In this document: one piece after another, positions 41,001-43,008 of the stretch
How positions within the stretch are numbered: the first letter of the stretch is position 1
Layout of the letters: each line of letters starts with the position of its first letter
NCBI GenBank assembly: GCA_009602725.1
Contig: WELB01000026.1
Location: 28,454-71,461, forward strand
DNA: 43,008 nt
Source of the DNA: Spirogloea muscicola
Taxonomy: Eukaryota
Reading direction: 5' to 3'
The notes under the pieces: model-generated
Databases searched by the model: none
Seen by the model: the letters and a program-made list of their open reading frames with translations, nothing else
Told to the model about the DNA's origin: nothing
Position numbers and translations under genes: made by a program

Positions 41001-42509
41001 GCTACTTCTCCGGACCAAGCAAGTACACAGCTCAGGCGGCAAGCCCCACCCCTGCCATGGGTTCTGCCTGCTCCTTTGCCGAAGAAAGGAGGCATCTGCT
41101 AACTTCAGCATAGGCATCATGCACAATTCTTACATGAAGGAATATGCTCTCACCTCTGAATGACCACGATGGCCACCGGCCCAGGTAGAGAGACCACGCT
41201 TGGTTCACGCAAGAGGCTCGTTAGGCTGGCCAGCAGGCGACTAGCCTCCTGGCTTAGCTCCGCAGCATCCAGCAGCGGATGCCCCCCAGCAATGGCCTCC
41301 ATGCTGAAGCCCTTCTGGCCTGACGACTCTGCTCTTGAGGATGCAGAATAGATTGGCATCAGGGAGAAACCACACCGTTGTGGTCTTGGAGGCAACCCTG
41401 ACAGCAGAACCATCAAGCCTGATGACCAACCGTCTGTGGCTGACTCGGTCCCTCTGCAAGCTAGCTCAGCAACAACCAGGCCGGAGCCAGGAACAATCAG
41501 CAATCCTAGCAGCTCTGCTAGACCAAGAAACTTGCCGCAAGAGCGAGTGTAGTCACCACTTCTCGGAGAAGCCTTGCCGCCAGAGGGTGATGCTGGACCC
41601 TGTGTGTACAGAAGGATGACCATCTCCACAAACTTGACAGCATGCAGTCGAACGCCGTCATACTCGTGCTGTACAACAACACACAGCACAGTTGATGAGC
41701 CAAGGGACTTCGCAGCCGATATATCCCGCTTGCAGGGCGCAGCGCTGTGACAGAATGAGAAGGGTGTCAGAAGGGGGACTGCGGACCTGCAGGCCAGACT
41801 GGAGGATGGCTTCCTTGAGCCGCAGGACTGCTGACCAGGCCACGGCCAGCTCGGGCGACACAGCGCGCAGCTCGCAGCCCTGCCCGGCGAGCAGCCGCGA
41901 CAAGGGTTTACGAATGCGTGAGATGAATGAATGAATGCGGCTGCTGATATCAAAAGAGCGTGAGAGCAGGTCCTCCGAGGCACAGGTGCGCAGGGCGGAG
42001 AGGGGACGGGGGCGACGGGCGACCTGGCGGGCGACGTGGTGCAGTGTGGTGCGGAAGAGGGCGGTGGAGGCGATGAGGGCGTGCTTGGCGACGGCGTGGG
42101 CGTCCTGGCGCAGCATGGTGGCCAGCACGGGCTCCAGCGCGGGCACGTGCTCCACGTGCTTCACGCCAATCTCCTCAACCATCCTGGAGGGGCGCGGGCG
42201 CGCGTGAGCAGCGGCCCGGGCGGCCGGCGGCGCGCGCGTGCGGCGGCTGCGGGCGCGCGCGGGGGACTCGGAGGCTGACTGGGAGAGGAGCTTGCGGACG
42301 GGCGCGGAGGGGCTGAGGTGGAAGGCGAGGAGCGAGGGCAGGAACTCGGGCAGGAGGCGCGTGTCGTGGCGGTGCACCACCAGCTCCAGCAGCTGGCGCA
42401 GCAGCTCCGCCTGCCGCTCGCCCTCGGGCGCCAGCTGCGCGGCCGTCAGGGCCGCCACGGCGGCGGCGCGGGCGGCGCCGGCGTCCGCGGCGGCGGCGGC
42501 GGCGGCCAT
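35084..42509 (-). CDS. SYMPK: Symplekin (ESP4/Pta1 family polyadenylation scaffold), many exons
   Basis: N-terminal LPEFLPSL..SAPVRKLL..VEEIG, VRLHAVKFVEMVILLYT, GHPLL, SIARQR. C-terminal ACLQQRSIFTQPVLAKALNQL, PLPVLLLRTIIQA, WVGFLKC..PHSFTVLLQ|LPSAQLEEAL. Last exon RSLQAVLGNAAE* is inferred. Confidence 0.9.
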
Positions 42510-42715
42510 GGTGGGGCGCCTCGCCTCCCTCGGGCACAGCCGGGTGCAGCCGGAGTCTCCCGAGCCCTGGAGCAGGCCTGGCTCGGTGCGGCCGAGAGCG
42601 GAGAAGCATCGAGCCGTGTTGCTGGGCAGCGCCGACCCGAGCCAGCGGCCGCACCCCATCGTGTTCCATGGCCGAGTCCCCTTTCTTTTCTTGTTTTCTG
42701 AGTAGCCGGCCGGGA

Positions 42716-42799
42716 AAGAGCAAGCGCGGCCAGATTAACTGGTGGCTGGGAGAGGCCAGCCCAAAAGTATGGACAAGGTCTGAAGGAGTCGGAGTGCTA
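42716..42799 (-). mobile_element. Family-A 3' terminus pointing at the symplekin ATG
   Basis: Near-identical to 15961-16044. Confidence 0.92.
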
Positions 42800-42882
42800 G
42801 CTTCCTTTGGCTTTGGACATTGGGTTCAGTTCTCTTTGGGCTGGCTTTGCTTCTCTATCCATGGCCGAACACTTCCTTCTTC
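42799..42882 (+). mobile_element. B-like 3' terminus pointing at the next gene
   Basis: ctttggctttggacattg...tttgggctggctttgc is shared with 5495-5538. Ends cacttccttcttc. Confidence 0.7.
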
Positions 42883-42908
42883 ATCGCCTCCCCCCGCCCG
42901 TCCCCGCC

Positions 42909-43008
42909 ATGGCGCCCAAGCGCGCCAAGCGGCCCGCCTCCGCCGCCGCCGCAGCCGAGCCCGCCCCCGCTCCTGCCAAGCGCGCCAAGCCCGCGGCCGC
43001 GCCCGCTC
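42909..43008 (+). CDS. 5' start of an unidentified protein (MAPKRAKRPASAAAAAEPAPAPAKRAKP...), possibly nuclear
   Basis: gccATGg context, very GC-rich first-exon composition like the other genes, basic KRAK motifs. Truncated by the window edge. Confidence 0.6.
   Translation, partial: MAPKRAKRPASAAAAAEPAPAPAKRAKPAAAPA

Overview
GC-rich, intron-rich eukaryotic genomic DNA from the green-plant lineage, most likely a streptophyte alga (inferred from plant-type FtsH4, CDPK, APX and symplekin). Host genes, reconstructed by hand from splice sites: mitochondrial FtsH4-type protease (+, 5' partial), SRP14 (-), a calcium-dependent protein kinase (+) that appears to splice in frame into a RING-CH/transmembrane/DUF179 module, a DUF2834-like membrane protein (-), squalene synthase (+), cytosolic ascorbate peroxidase (+), symplekin (-), and the start of an unknown gene (+). 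The main unexplained structure is that every upstream intergenic region is packed with nested, mostly 5'-truncated copies of at least six related non-LTR retrotransposon families. These encode RT, a CCHC knuckle and a restriction-like endonuclease (CRE-like), and their ORFs end in ...L[TS]RGY*. I found none in convergent intergenic regions or introns. At all seven visible gene starts, an element 3' terminus points at the ATG from about 30-210 bp away (one case after removing a younger insertion). Most termini share a GGGCTGGC..CAGCC motif. This suggests promoter-targeted, and possibly promoter-supplying, retrotransposons. Family labels A-G are my own. Coordinates were read by eye, and element boundaries are approximate unless target-site duplications (TSDs) are given.
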